From positions 128,001 through 192,000 of the forward strand of contig CBDCEW010000100.1 of NCBI GenBank assembly GCA_965215885.1: a stretch of 64,000 nucleotides of DNA, written 5' to 3'. This document shows, in pieces, positions 1 through 10,334 of the stretch. Numbering within the stretch: the stretch's first letter is position 1; each line of letters begins with the position of its first letter. The translations under genes and the position numbers were made by a program. Origin of the DNA: Candidatus Moanibacter sp. GTDB lineage: Bacteria > Verrucomicrobiota > Verrucomicrobiia > Opitutales > UBA2987. The notes under the pieces are model-generated. The model did no database searches. It had not been told where the DNA came from and was given only the letters and a program-made list of their open reading frames with translations.

Positions 1-289
1 TTGCTGCATGCAGGCAACTGGTTCTCAGCCTCAAGTCTTCCATGGGCGCTGAATCCACTCCCGCACTCTGTGATGATTTCGTCTTTAACTTACATAAGGC
101 CATCAATATCATCACCTAATGCTCCGAGAATCAAAATACCGTGGTGCAATAACCGTCCAGAAAAAGCGAAGCATAGTAGGCAAAACTGTAGGAAGATTGC
201 TTCGTTTATTATGATAAACTATTGACCATCGAGGGATAGGTGAACATATTTTCATCTATGAAACTTGAGAAAGGATCAATCGGGAGCGT

Positions 290-1222
290 ATGCGTGAGAA
301 GATTCGAAATTCGTATATGAGTATTCATACGGAAAACGCGTATATCGGCTGGTGTGAGCGGTATGTACGATTTCACCGCGGTCGAGCACCAAGCCAGATG
401 GGGGCAACCGAGGTGCAAGCCTTTTTAAACCACCTGACGGTTCGCGGTCGGGTCGCGGCGAAAACGCGGAATCAAGCACTGTGCGCCATCGTCTACATGT
501 ATAAGACGGTACTTGGGCGTGAAATCGGAAAGATCGGAGAACTGGAGCGTGTTCGGACTCCGAACAAGCTGCCGGTGGTATTGAGCGACGAAGAGGTTCG
601 TCGCCTGTTTCTGGGGCTCGATGGAATCTATTTGCTAATCGCTAAATTGATGTATGGAAGCGGGTTACGAATCTCTGAATGCGTCCGGTTGCGCGTCAAA
701 GACCTAGATTTCGGAATGCGACAGATAATCGTGCGCGATGGAAAAGGCCGCAAGGATCGCATTACGCTATTACCGGAAACCCAACGCGCTCCGTTACAGG
801 AGCATCTCTCGTTTGTTCACCTTCAACACGAAAGAGACCTTAAGAATGGGAATGGTGACGTCTACCTGCCGTTTGCTCTGGCAAGAAAATATCCGCGCGC
901 GCTGCGTGAGTGGTGCTGGCAATATGTATTTCCGGCGAAAGAGCACTCACACGATCCTCGAAGTGGAGCTTATCGCCGGCACCACATCAGCCCAAAGGCG
1001 GTACAGGACGCATTTCGCCGGGCACTGAAAGCAACGGGCATCGCTAAACCCGCGACCCCGCACACTCTGCGTCACAGCTTCGCCACTAGGCTGCTTGAAA
1101 ACGGATACGATATTCGAACCCTTCAGGAGCTGTTGGGACATTCTGATGTTTCCACGACGATGGTCTACACTCACGTGCTCAACCGAGGGGGGCGTGGAGT
1201 CGTAAGTCCGGTGGATCTGTAG
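290..1222 (+). CDS. intI: Integron integrase (tyrosine recombinase)
   Basis: Motifs [18 protein letters not shown] and HTLRHSFAT...[14 protein letters not shown], plus the IntI-specific insertion ([12 protein letters not shown]...WQYVFPA...RRHH) and the C-terminal GVVSPVD. Confidence 0.95.
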   Translation: MREKIRNSYMSIHTENAYIGWCERYVRFHRGRAPSQMGATEVQAFLNHLTVRGRVAAKTRNQALCAIVYMYKTVLGREIGKIGELERVRTPNKLPVVLSDEEVRRLFLGLDGIYLLIAKLMYGSGLRISECVRLRVKDLDFGMRQIIVRDGKGRKDRITLLPETQRAPLQEHLSFVHLQHERDLKNGNGDVYLPFALARKYPRALREWCWQYVFPAKEHSHDPRSGAYRRHHISPKAVQDAFRRALKATGIAKPATPHTLRHSFATRLLENGYDIRTLQELLGHSDVSTTMVYTHVLNRGGRGVVSPVDL

Positions 1223-1465
1223 GGCACAGAGATTATGATCGGCCGATTCACAATTTGGCTCTAATGTGAAAATCGGGCTCCTATCGTAATTGCTCGTATT
1301 TCTGTCGCGGCTAACCTGGAAATCTCACGGATTTCCGGTTTAACGGCGAAGTCGAATTGTGATTTTCTGATTTTCGATTACGTAAACCTGCTTTAGACTG
1401 CATTTCAGAAAATCACGAGTCGACTTCGCTTGCTAGTCCGCTTATTTTTCGAAGTGAGCGGACTA

Positions 1466-2506
1466 ATGAAAGCCTATCAATTGCATGGCCCGAGAGATCT
1501 CCGCCCCGCCGAATTGGACAATCCCCGGCCGGGGCCGGGGGAGGTGCGGGTGCGGGTCGAGCGTGCCGGAATCTGTGGTTCGGATGTGCATTACTACCTG
1601 CACGGGCGGGCGGGGGACTTTGTCATGAAGCGGCCCTTTGTGCTCGGGCACGAGTTTGCCGGGGAGGTTGCGGAAGTAGGGGAGGGCGTGCGCGGTCTCG
1701 AGCCCAGGATGCGGGTGGCGGTCGATCCCTCGCAGGCCTGCGGGAAGTGCCGTTACTGTCGGAAGGGCCGGTATAACCTGTGCGAGGATATGCGTTTCTT
1801 CGGATCGGCGAGCCGCGATCCCCATATCGATGGAGCATTCGCGGAATCCATTGTGGCGCCGGCTCAAAACTGCCACCGCATCGCGGACAGTATGAATTTT
1901 GGGGAAGCGGCCATGCTGGAGCCACTCCCAGTCTCGCTTCACGCTGTCAAACGAGCCGGAGATGTTGTGGGGTCCCGGGTATTGATCATGGGCGGCGGGC
2001 CCATCGGGCAACTGGCGGCGCTCTCGGCGCGCGCACTGGGGGCGGGGCAGATCGTAGTCAGCGACCTGGACAGCTACCCCCGCGAGTTTGCCCTCGAAAA
2101 CGGAGTGGATGCGGTACTGGACGCCGCCGATCCGGAGGCGGCAGGGCAGGCGGCCGATCTGGCGCCGGGTGGTTTCGATTGTGCGATTGAAGCGACGGGG
2201 GCGAGCCAGGCTTTGGCTTTTGCGATCAACGCAGTGGCGCCGGGCGGCACGATCATCCAGGTGGGGACGCTGCAATCGGACGCTGTTTTGCCGGCGAATT
2301 TGATCATGGCCAAGGAGCTCGCGGTCCTGGGCTCCTTTCGGTTCGCGCATATATTTCCTGTCGCCCTCCAGCTCGTGGCATCGGGAAAAATCGACGTGGT
2401 TCCCCTGATCACCAGGACATATCCTTTCGCCGAACTACCCGATGGCATGGAGTTGGCATCCTCGAAGGATAAGGTCATTAAGGTGCAGGTGGAGTTGGCC
2501 CCATAG
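1466..2506 (+). CDS. Zn-dependent sugar-acid/polyol dehydrogenase (L-idonate 5-dehydrogenase-like)
   Basis: GICGSD, GHE, CxxCxxCx7C structural Zn site and GGGPIG motifs; ATG at 1466. Confidence 0.85.
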   Translation: MKAYQLHGPRDLRPAELDNPRPGPGEVRVRVERAGICGSDVHYYLHGRAGDFVMKRPFVLGHEFAGEVAEVGEGVRGLEPRMRVAVDPSQACGKCRYCRKGRYNLCEDMRFFGSASRDPHIDGAFAESIVAPAQNCHRIADSMNFGEAAMLEPLPVSLHAVKRAGDVVGSRVLIMGGGPIGQLAALSARALGAGQIVVSDLDSYPREFALENGVDAVLDAADPEAAGQAADLAPGGFDCAIEATGASQALAFAINAVAPGGTIIQVGTLQSDAVLPANLIMAKELAVLGSFRFAHIFPVALQLVASGKIDVVPLITRTYPFAELPDGMELASSKDKVIKVQVELAP

Positions 2507-2565
2507 TCTCAAACGCCTTCGCGAGTGCTCTTCATCACTTCTCGACTTTTTGAAACATTGGGGCG

Positions 2566-3501
2566 ATGAATTACAACCCTCTTGGTAAAACAGGCTTGCA
2601 GGTATCGGTGCTGAGTTTCGGCGCTTCCTCGCTCAGCAATGTCTTTCACGAGGTCGACGAAGCGGAAGCCATAAAGGCGGTTCACACCGCACTCGACCTC
2701 GGTATCAACACCTTCGATGTTGCGCCGGCTTACGGTGGTACGGTGTCGGAGACCGTTCTCGGGAAGGCGCTCAAGGGAATCTCCCGCGACCGCTACTTTC
2801 TCTCCACGAAGGTTGGCAAATATACCGACCCCAATCAGTACGGGAACGACGTTCTCGATTATTCGAGGGAACGCATTCGCCGGTCGCTGGATGAGAGTGG
2901 TGCCCGTCTCGGAACCGACTATTTCGACATCATTCACATCCACGACATCGAGTACCAGGATCGCAAGCACACGGAGTGGGCGCTAAGCGAGGGATTCGAG
3001 TCGGTGGCCGAGTTGAAAGAGGAAGGGCGCGTCGGCGCGGTGAGCTTCGGGATCTATCCCATCGATCTCTGGCACCGCATTCTGGAATCCCTACCGGTCG
3101 ATGCCGGACTCGTTCACAACCACTACTGCCTGCACGATACCCGGCTTCTCGAACTTCTGCTCGTTGCCGGAGCGAAAGGCATCGGGCTCATTAATGCTTC
3201 GCCCTTCGGGAGCGCCCTCCTCACCGACCGGGGTCCGGCCGACTGGCACCCGGCCAACGCCGAACAGCGCGCGGTCTTCAAGCGAGCAGCGGAGTTTTGT
3301 CGCGAGCAGGGCACCGATATCAGCCAGCTGGCGATGCAGTTCTCGAGCCAGAACCCGGAAATTGCCACAACCCTGTTCAGCAGTTCGAACCCGGCCTCGG
3401 TGAAGCGGAACGTCGAGTGGGCGCAGGAGCCGTTTGACCCGGCGTTGTTGACGGAGGTACAGAAGATATTGGAACCGGTGCGGAACGTGGACTGGTTTTA
3501 A
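2566..3501 (+). CDS. Aldo/keto reductase (L-galactose dehydrogenase-like)
   Basis: LGKTGLQVS, FDVAPAYG, STKVGKY and IHIHDIE AKR motifs. Confidence 0.85.
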   Translation: MNYNPLGKTGLQVSVLSFGASSLSNVFHEVDEAEAIKAVHTALDLGINTFDVAPAYGGTVSETVLGKALKGISRDRYFLSTKVGKYTDPNQYGNDVLDYSRERIRRSLDESGARLGTDYFDIIHIHDIEYQDRKHTEWALSEGFESVAELKEEGRVGAVSFGIYPIDLWHRILESLPVDAGLVHNHYCLHDTRLLELLLVAGAKGIGLINASPFGSALLTDRGPADWHPANAEQRAVFKRAAEFCREQGTDISQLAMQFSSQNPEIATTLFSSSNPASVKRNVEWAQEPFDPALLTEVQKILEPVRNVDWF

Positions 3502-4030
3502 CTGACTGTCGGATTTAGCCTCGGAATTCTTTGAGCAGATCGGGTGCAACCAAAAGAGATCGGAGGAACCGCAGATGCACGCAGATGGACGCGAATGGAG
3601 AAGGAGACTCATACTTCCTTGGTAACCTTGTCGCAAACCTTGGCGCAAACCTCGTCGAACGTAACCCATTGCTCACCATAAGACTTCGGAAACAATTTTG
3701 CTAAAAAAGGACAACGTTACGAGGGATTGTAGCACGAAGCGCTCTTGGTATAACGGTGCATTCGTGGATCGCGGCCGATTTCCCCACCGACATCTTCCTA
3801 AAGCAGCCGTCGATCGCAACTAAACTAGAAGGCGGATAAGAAACAAAGGGGTCACAGAGCCCCACCGAGAAGCACAGAGGCACACAGAGATGACATAGCT
3901 GACCGATTTCAGTGCGAAGTTACGATTGTGCTTTGGCTCGGGAAGGGGTTCAAGCTACGGTGACACCGACTCTACGTTAACCCGTCGTTTCGATAGCAAT
4001 CGATGACAAAAGTCGGATATCGCCTTAGCA

Positions 4031-4215
4031 GTAGAAAGTTGGGAAGAGTCGACTTCGCCTGCTCTGCCGTGCGGCAGAGTGGAAAACGGTCAATGAAGCG
4101 TTTGCGAGAGCGTTTTCAATGTTAACAGAAATAAAGGTACACTCTTGCAAATGCTTCATTGACCGTTTGAACCGCGCTCCGCGCGAGGCGAAGTCGACTC
4201 CTCCCAACTTTCTAT
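4031..4215. repeat. ~185 bp palindromic REPIN/MITE-like element (second copy 4794-4978)
   Basis: Outer arms TAGAAAGTTGGGA-AGAGTCGACTTCGCCT / AGGCGAAGTCGACTC-CTCCCAACTTTCTA; inner arms AAACGGTCAATGAAGC / GCTTCATTGACCGTTT. Confidence 0.85.
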
Positions 4216-4333
4216 ACCTCCAACTTACATTCTCCGTGGTGCTCTGTGCTTCTCTGTGGTGCTCTGTGGCCCCCGATTTAGTTATGATCTAACCGTTTGT
4301 TCCTAGCCTACGTAAATGACATATCTAGGCAGT

Positions 4334-4714
4334 CCGGCAGCTCCGCTGTGCGCCCTTCAAAGAACCTGCGATCTTCCAATCGAAGTTTCTTCTTCTCACG
4401 CGCATGGGCGTCCAGATCCTTCTCGATCGCCTCGATGATTTGCGGCGCGAACCCGGCCAATTCTTCAACTTCATCCAGAAAATCACGGAAATCCGTGTCT
4501 GGAACCGGCAGAATGAGGTTGCTAAGGGGCGTCTTATCGCTTTTGTTCTCCTCTGTCGCACATGTTGGCATGTTTAACTCATTTCTTAATCTTAGGTTGC
4601 TAAACACTAGCATGTTGCGACACTTTTTATCAAGCCACAAAATGATTTTTCTCAAGTTTTTCTTGCGCCTTTTGCGCCTCTTTGCGGCCAATCAGTAGCT
4701 TTTCGGATAAGGTC
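4334..4714 (-). pseudogene. 5' fragment (left end plus transposase start) of the IS at 37752 and 48156
   Basis: Near-identical to the start of the 37752-39668 element, ending at its terminal GGTC. Confidence 0.95.
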
Positions 4715-5108
4715 AAGCTACGGTGACACCGACTGTACGTTAACCCGTCGTTTCGATAGCAATCGATGACAAAAGTCGGATATCGCCTTAGCAGTAGAAA
4801 GTTGGGAAGAGTCGACTTCGCCTGCTCTGCCGTGCGGCAGAGTGGAAAACGGTCAATGAAGCGTTTGCGAGAGCGTTTTCAATGTTAACAGAAATAAAGG
4901 TACACTCTTGCAAATGCTTCATTGACCGTTTGAACCGCGCTCCGCGCGAGGCGAAGTCGACTCCTCCCAACTTTCTATACCTCCAACTTACATTCTCCGT
5001 GGTGCTCTGTGCTTCTCTGTGGTGCTCTGTGGCCCCCGATTTAGTTATGATCTAACCGTTTGTTCCTAGCCTACGTAAATGACATATCTAGGCAGTTTGC
5101 CTAGGCAC

Positions 5109-6872
5109 TTACTCCAACTTCCGGATATACACATAGTAAGGCGCGATCGTATTCTCCCGGTCGTTGTGAAAGGCGGCGACGAGGTGGTCGGCACCCGCTT
5201 CCAGTGCCAGTTCGAAAACGACGCTGTCGTCGTTCGGCCCAATTTCGCGGTGATGGCTCTGCCCGCCGACGGTCACCTGCGCCCAGCGGATGTCCATCGC
5301 CACGCCGCCGGTGTAGTGGGGGAATTCTTTCTGCTGGATGCAGTCGCGCCGCCAATCCACGTCATCGCCGTCGATACCCGCCGCGATGGCGTGGCCGGCC
5401 TCCATCGGCCACCGCCGTAGCTCAATTTCGTAGTTGCCGGGTGCTTTGACATCGATCTCCCAGTGGCCGCTGACAATGAAGCCCTGCCTGACTTGGGCGT
5501 GATTAAATGCAGTGGCGCAGGCTTCGTTTCGGATATCGTGCGTGGTGATCTTGACCGGCTCGTTGTCCCGGCCGATGGCGATGGGGATATCCCGATCAAA
5601 CTGCTCGCTCACGAGTTCCCACCACTCCTCGTAGGCTTCCCGGAGCGATTCGACGACAGTAGGGTTTGCGTCGGCGACGTCGTGCCGCTGACCCGGGTCG
5701 TCGCGCAGGTTATAGAGCTCCATTCCGTTCAGAAGACGCCACTTGTCCCGCATTACAGAGCTCTTCCGCCACTTCATCGGACGCGCGATGCGTTGCGTGT
5801 CGCTCACGACGACTCTTTCATTCCAATCGGAGCTTGATTCGTCTCGGAGCAGCGGCAGGAGGCTTCGCCCGTGAAAGCTTCGTTGTTCGGGGATCGACAG
5901 GTCGCAGAGATCGAGCATCGTGAGCATGAAATCGACATAGCTGGTGAGCGTCTCGCAGTCTTTGCCACCGCCGATACCGCCGGCCGGATACCGTATCAGA
6001 AACGGCACGCGGTGGCCGCCTTCATACGGGTGACCCTTCTTCCCGCGCATCCCCGCGTTGAAGCTCCCCGACCCCTCGAGAGGGAATCCCTCCCCATCGA
6101 GATCCACGCCGGTGGCGGTTCCGTTGTCGGTCATGAAGATGAGAATGGTGTCATGGGCGATCCCAAGATTCTCGAGCCTGGCTTCGAGAACTCCAAAGTT
6201 CTCGTCGATGTTTTCGATCATCCCGTAGAAGCGCGCCCGGTCCTCGTGTGGGGTGGAGGATCGATACGGCTCGACGTAGCGGTCTTCGATGTTGAGAGGG
6301 CCGTGGGGCGCGTTGGTTGCGATGTAGCAGAAGAACGGCTCCGAGGCGTGCTGTTCGATAAACTTCATCCCCTCGCGGAAAAACACGTCGGTACAATACC
6401 CTTCGAACTTTTCGGGCTCGCCGTTGACATAAAAGGTGTCGTCGAAGTAGTCGTTGCCCCACGGGTCACCGGTACTGCCGATTCCTCCCCCGGTGTGGTA
6501 GACCGACCGGTCGAATCCGCGTTCTTGGGGCCGATAGGGCTGGCTGTCGCCCAGGTGCCACTTCCCGAAATGGCCGGTGGCGTATCCTGCCTCGCGGAAG
6601 GCGTCGGCCAGGGTCCATTCGTCCTCCCGCAGGAGCGACCGGCCGCCGATCGTGTGCCATACCCCGGCGCTGTTGCAGTAGTGCCCGGTCAACAGGCCGG
6701 ATCGAGTCGGCGCGCAGGTCGTGCCGACGTGATAGTCGGTGAAACGAAAAGCATCACCGTGAAATCGGTCGATGTTAGGCGTACGGATCACATCGTTTCC
6801 GTGGCATCCGAGATCGCCGTAGCCCTGGTCGTCCGTGAGGACGAATACGAGGTTGGGTTGTTTTCTGTTCAT
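5109..6872 (-). CDS. Arylsulfatase (Cys-type formylglycine sulfatase)
   Basis: PNLVFVLTDDQGYGD, CAPTRSGLLTG, GKWHLG, TDNG and YEGGHRVP; the likely start is MNRKQ at 6872. Confidence 0.9.
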   Translation of the reverse strand: MNRKQPNLVFVLTDDQGYGDLGCHGNDVIRTPNIDRFHGDAFRFTDYHVGTTCAPTRSGLLTGHYCNSAGVWHTIGGRSLLREDEWTLADAFREAGYATGHFGKWHLGDSQPYRPQERGFDRSVYHTGGGIGSTGDPWGNDYFDDTFYVNGEPEKFEGYCTDVFFREGMKFIEQHASEPFFCYIATNAPHGPLNIEDRYVEPYRSSTPHEDRARFYGMIENIDENFGVLEARLENLGIAHDTILIFMTDNGTATGVDLDGEGFPLEGSGSFNAGMRGKKGHPYEGGHRVPFLIRYPAGGIGGGKDCETLTSYVDFMLTMLDLCDLSIPEQRSFHGRSLLPLLRDESSSDWNERVVVSDTQRIARPMKWRKSSVMRDKWRLLNGMELYNLRDDPGQRHDVADANPTVVESLREAYEEWWELVSEQFDRDIPIAIGRDNEPVKITTHDIRNEACATAFNHAQVRQGFIVSGHWEIDVKAPGNYEIELRRWPMEAGHAIAAGIDGDDVDWRRDCIQQKEFPHYTGGVAMDIRWAQVTVGGQSHHREIGPNDDSVVFELALEAGADHLVAAFHNDRENTIAPYYVYIRKLE

Positions 6873-7248
6873 CTTAATCGATCGTCCGACGCAGTATTCT
6901 TTGTCGCGAGCTTCGTCGCAAGCTTTGTCGTCAACTTCGTCGGTATCGGCAAGAGAGTCCCACCCTATAATGCAGATATACGATTCAATCGTAAATTGCA
7001 CATATGATTTCTGCGGTCGTTTCGTTCTCACGATCGGTGGAATCTGAATGGAGATGGGATTCAACTTACAACCTGCCTTCCCACGTTGTTCCCGCTCGGT
7101 ACGTGTTTAGCGCTATTTGAGCGCTATTTGAGGCTGCCCCGGTCTTGCGCCCATCGTTCTGAATTTCGGTTGGCCCGCAAATTGCGTGGAGTTCTCTGGT
7201 TAGAGCATGAAGAAAATGGGGAGCAGAGGGAGGGCACTGGAGTCGTTG

Positions 7249-9066
7249 TCAGGAGGCAATCCGATGGGGTTGCGGGTTTAAGGATTGATCCTGGCGATTA
7301 CAGACTTCGAAGAGTTCCTCAAGGAAGTTTTCTTTTCGCAGGAGCTTTTTGGGCAATCGACCCACGGCGAGGGTTTTTCTGTTCGCCCGCCAGTGACTGA
7401 AGGGGGGTGCTTTCTGTGCAGCCTGGGCAAGCTTTTGGGGCAGATTATCGATACTGCCTAAAACCAGCTCCACATAGCGGGGATTGTGTAAGTTGGCCAG
7501 GAGCATGTATTCTTCGGGGAGCGCTTCAAAGTCGCGCGTCAGATTTTTGCGCCCGTGGGTTTGACGGCGTTTGCGCTTGGAGGTGCGCCAGGTGCCTTCC
7601 AGCTCATTGGTCGTGCGTACGCTGTCTGGATGGGCCGGTGGGGGAAGCAGCCGCTGCCAGTATTTGTCCAGATGAGTGACCACGGTGCGGTAGAGTTTGG
7701 CTTTCGAGGGGTTGGTCAGGGAGGCGCCTTTTTGGCGATATTGGGCACGCAGCAACTGGAGAGCCTCGGTGAGCTCAGCGGCTTGTCCTGCTTGCAACAG
7801 ATAAGGGTCGCTTAAAGGGCAGGGGCCGCTGGCGCTGAGCCAAAGGGCATCGCGCAAAGCGCTGAAAATGCAAAAAGCGTTTTCATAGATAGTAGCGGCT
7901 TCGATGACGAGGGCATCAGCCAGATACTGCTTCAACCCGGTCGAAAGATGAAAGAAGCTTCGCAGAACAGAGCAACTGGCAGGAGCGCGGGCAAGCCACT
8001 GCTCCAGGGCGGCATGGGCGCGCACGACCCGCCGATGCCAATAAAGCAGGTAAGGATCGAAGGGAAAGCCCTGGCGGTGACCGTCGCAGGGATAATCCAA
8101 AATCCACAATTGCAGGGCCATGAGCAGTTCCCGTGCAAGGGTGGGATCGAAGGGCACTGCGAGCGCTTTGGCGGTGAGCAAATCGGCCAGGACGAGGGCG
8201 TGTTTTTCACGGAGGGCGTCACGGAGCTTTGCGGTGATGTGTTTGCGTTGCTCGCGCATGCGCTCCATGAGCTTCAATTGCCGCAAGCGCCCGTTGAGCA
8301 TCTGCTGGGGTTTTCGATAAAGCTGTTCGCCCACATTGCGGGCGAAATGATAATGGCAGACGCCATGGGGGGCCTGGAAGGTTTCGCTCTCGCAGGCCTT
8401 GCTGATCTGAGCGCTTAAATCATGATAGACATGGTGGGGTTGGCCAAAAGCCCGGGCCGCCCGGGCAAAACAGCCACTGATCGTTTCGCTCTGTTCGGAA
8501 GGCATTTTCCAGCTGCCCAAAAGGATCCCTTCGTCGGCTTCCTGAACAGCGAAGAAAACCGGCGTCTGCGGTTCCACGGTCCCATCCACCAGCCAGCGCA
8601 GGCAAGGGCGAGCGCTCAGGTAATCTTTAAGCACCGGAGCGGCCGCGGCGTGCAGCCGACCCAGATAAAAAAGAAACTTCTGCTGCATCTCATAGAGGCT
8701 GCTTTGAGCAATCTGCAGCTGCCCCGGGCCCTCGCGCAGTTCCCTGTGCACCTCTTTGAGGGTGGCGCTTTCGCACAAACATCGCTTGCCCACATAGGCA
8801 ATCAGATCGTAAGCGTAGCGACTATGCGAGGGCACGATCTGTTCCAGGCGAGCAGAACGGTAGCTGTTGCGGTGGCTCCCTTGCCCCTGCTCGCGCACAA
8901 CTTCCACCGCCTGGAAGCATCCATAGGAGAAACTGACCACCTTGCGGCGCAGGGTCTTGCGCACCTCTGAAGGACCCTCTTCGTCCTCCCGGGCATCGAA
9001 GCGATAACTCGTTTGCGCAGGCACAGCCCCCACCGTTTGCAGGGCCCGTTCAGCCTCTGCCCGCAA
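7249..9066 (-). CDS. Putative DDE transposase, catalytic part (probably expressed as a fusion with the upstream ORF)
   Basis: LVDGT...HDL...CHYHF...RTTNELEG resembles the IS256/ISL3/IS66-type D-D-(CxxH)-E layout. It has no ATG start of its own (TTG only). Confidence 0.75.
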   Translation of the reverse strand: MRAEAERALQTVGAVPAQTSYRFDAREDEEGPSEVRKTLRRKVVSFSYGCFQAVEVVREQGQGSHRNSYRSARLEQIVPSHSRYAYDLIAYVGKRCLCESATLKEVHRELREGPGQLQIAQSSLYEMQQKFLFYLGRLHAAAAPVLKDYLSARPCLRWLVDGTVEPQTPVFFAVQEADEGILLGSWKMPSEQSETISGCFARAARAFGQPHHVYHDLSAQISKACESETFQAPHGVCHYHFARNVGEQLYRKPQQMLNGRLRQLKLMERMREQRKHITAKLRDALREKHALVLADLLTAKALAVPFDPTLARELLMALQLWILDYPCDGHRQGFPFDPYLLYWHRRVVRAHAALEQWLARAPASCSVLRSFFHLSTGLKQYLADALVIEAATIYENAFCIFSALRDALWLSASGPCPLSDPYLLQAGQAAELTEALQLLRAQYRQKGASLTNPSKAKLYRTVVTHLDKYWQRLLPPPAHPDSVRTTNELEGTWRTSKRKRRQTHGRKNLTRDFEALPEEYMLLANLHNPRYVELVLGSIDNLPQKLAQAAQKAPPFSHWRANRKTLAVGRLPKKLLRKENFLEELFEVCNRQDQSLNPQPHRIAS

Positions 9067-9083
9067 ATCATGTAACAGCTCCG

Positions 9084-9785
9084 CTACCGCGATCGGTCCG
9101 GTTTTTTTTTGAGCGAGTAAAACGCCATCACCCGCTCAATTTGCTCCCCGCTCAGCTCTACTCCCTGCTCTTGCATAAGCTCGACAAGCTCCTTGACCCC
9201 GGCCTCGGGATGGCCGATACAGGCGACCAGCAAAGCGATCACGACCATCGTTTCGAGCCCTTCGGGAGCTGCCTGCAAAGCGCCCCCGGGGTCCCCTGCC
9301 TGAACTTGTGCCGCTGTTCTTCGCCCTTGCCGCCGCTTTTTCTGTTCGGCCCCGCCCTGTTCCCCGGCCGAGACATACACGCAGTGACGCCCTTCATAGT
9401 ATCGACTCAACCGCTTCTTTCTACAAAGCACGCTTATGGGGTTGTGCACCCGTACCCCAAGGAGGGTCTCCAACTCAGCCACCGTGTAGCCGCAAAGCGA
9501 AGCTCCCACCACCGCCTCCACGGTCTCCTCCAAGGTGCCGTGGCGCGAAAAGCGCCCCTTGCGAAAACGCCACAAACCGGCCCCGTCAAAGCGCGGAATG
9601 TCTTTCAAGCTCAGGTAGCCACAATTGGCATTGTAACTGGAGTAATGGCCATATTTTTGCAAAGCCCGATAGACCGTTCGCCGCGACACCCTCTGCTCCT
9701 TCATCAGCCTCCACACCGTGCTTACCCGATCCCGCCGTACCGCTTCGACCACCTCCCTCTCTTTACGCGAAAGCTCTTCTTGCAT
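9084..9785 (-). CDS. IS ORF A, putative HTH DNA-binding N-terminal part of the transposase
   Basis: HTH-like VSRRTVYRAL segment; the ORF ends just after an A9 run (YSLKKKPDRSR*). Confidence 0.65.
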   Translation of the reverse strand: MQEELSRKEREVVEAVRRDRVSTVWRLMKEQRVSRRTVYRALQKYGHYSSYNANCGYLSLKDIPRFDGAGLWRFRKGRFSRHGTLEETVEAVVGASLCGYTVAELETLLGVRVHNPISVLCRKKRLSRYYEGRHCVYVSAGEQGGAEQKKRRQGRRTAAQVQAGDPGGALQAAPEGLETMVVIALLVACIGHPEAGVKELVELMQEQGVELSGEQIERVMAFYSLKKKPDRSR

Positions 9786-10334
9786 GCACCGGCACAGTAT
9801 GGAAAGGAGGCAAAACTGCAAACTCTATTTTACATACAATGCCAATACCAACTTTCTCCAGCTCCCTTCGCTTCTACTCAATTGCCACCAGAAATCAACT
9901 CCCCGTTCAAAGCGCTTTTGTAACTGATTAATACTCAACAAGTTTCTAACTGAAAACAAACCTGCAGGAAAAGCTCTCTACCTCTAACGAACCCACACAC
10001 AACAATCGTTGAAACTCCATTCTGGCATACTATGTAATCAATAGAATCTTGCAAGTGCCTGAATAACATTTACTTTGGGTTCTCCAACCCAATTTCGTAA
10101 TTATGGGTCTTGTGCCGGGGTGTCGCGCGTTCCCTGCTATAAACCGTGTCTCTACCAACCCCTCCGCCCGTCCTTTTTCGCCTCAGTCCCGGCGTGCCGG
10201 GACTGAGGCGAAAAAGGACGGGCGGAGGGGTGCGCGGTGGAAATCGCGTATTGTAGCTGTATACCGTGCGCCACCCCGGCACAAGACCGGGGCAGCCTCA
10301 GAAACGCTAAACAGGTACTGGGTCCGACAGATCC

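Larger units (their letters stand above)
3950..5096. repeat. ~384 bp direct duplication (3950-4333 and 4713-5096) flanking an IS fragment
   Basis: The two copies are offset by 763 bp; I saw one substitution (gactCtacg vs gactGtacg). Confidence 0.95.
7150..10107 (-). mobile_element. ~2.95 kb insertion sequence with two ORFs, imperfect 24 bp terminal IRs and a target duplication
   Basis: IRs CCCATCGTTCTGAATTTCGGTTGG (7150-7173) and revcomp CCCATAATTACGAAATTGGGTTGG (10084-10107) match at 18/24 positions. The flanking direct repeat is GGTCTTG(C/T)GCC. Confidence 0.85.
7099..10318. repeat. Palindromic MITE/REP-like element (ends GTACGTGTTTAG...CTAAACAGGTAC) split by an IS insertion
   Basis: Joining the left piece (7099-7151) to the right piece (10106-10318) restores GGCTGCCCCGGTCTTGTGCCGGGGTGTCGCGCG, as in the intact relative at 59420. 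There is a perfect inner hairpin at ~10159-10231. Confidence 0.8.

Noticed and set aside
241..254. LexA/SOS box upstream of intI (TGAACATATTTTCA)
   Set aside because: It resembles the Firmicutes GAAC-N4-GTTC box with a mismatch, not the TGTTC-N4-GAACA motif reported for Verrucomicrobia; too weak to call.
4031..4215. attC site belonging to the integron
   Set aside because: No RYYYAAC/GTTRRRY ends, and it lies on the wrong side of intI.
5871..7007. Long antisense ORFs (also 1463-2350, 44064-45161 and similar overlaps)
   Set aside because: Shadow frames overlapping well-supported GC-rich genes, with no recognisable motifs.
6873..7064. N-terminal extension of the sulfatase
   Set aside because: It translates a CGACAAAG-type repeat; the family motif begins right after Met at 6872.
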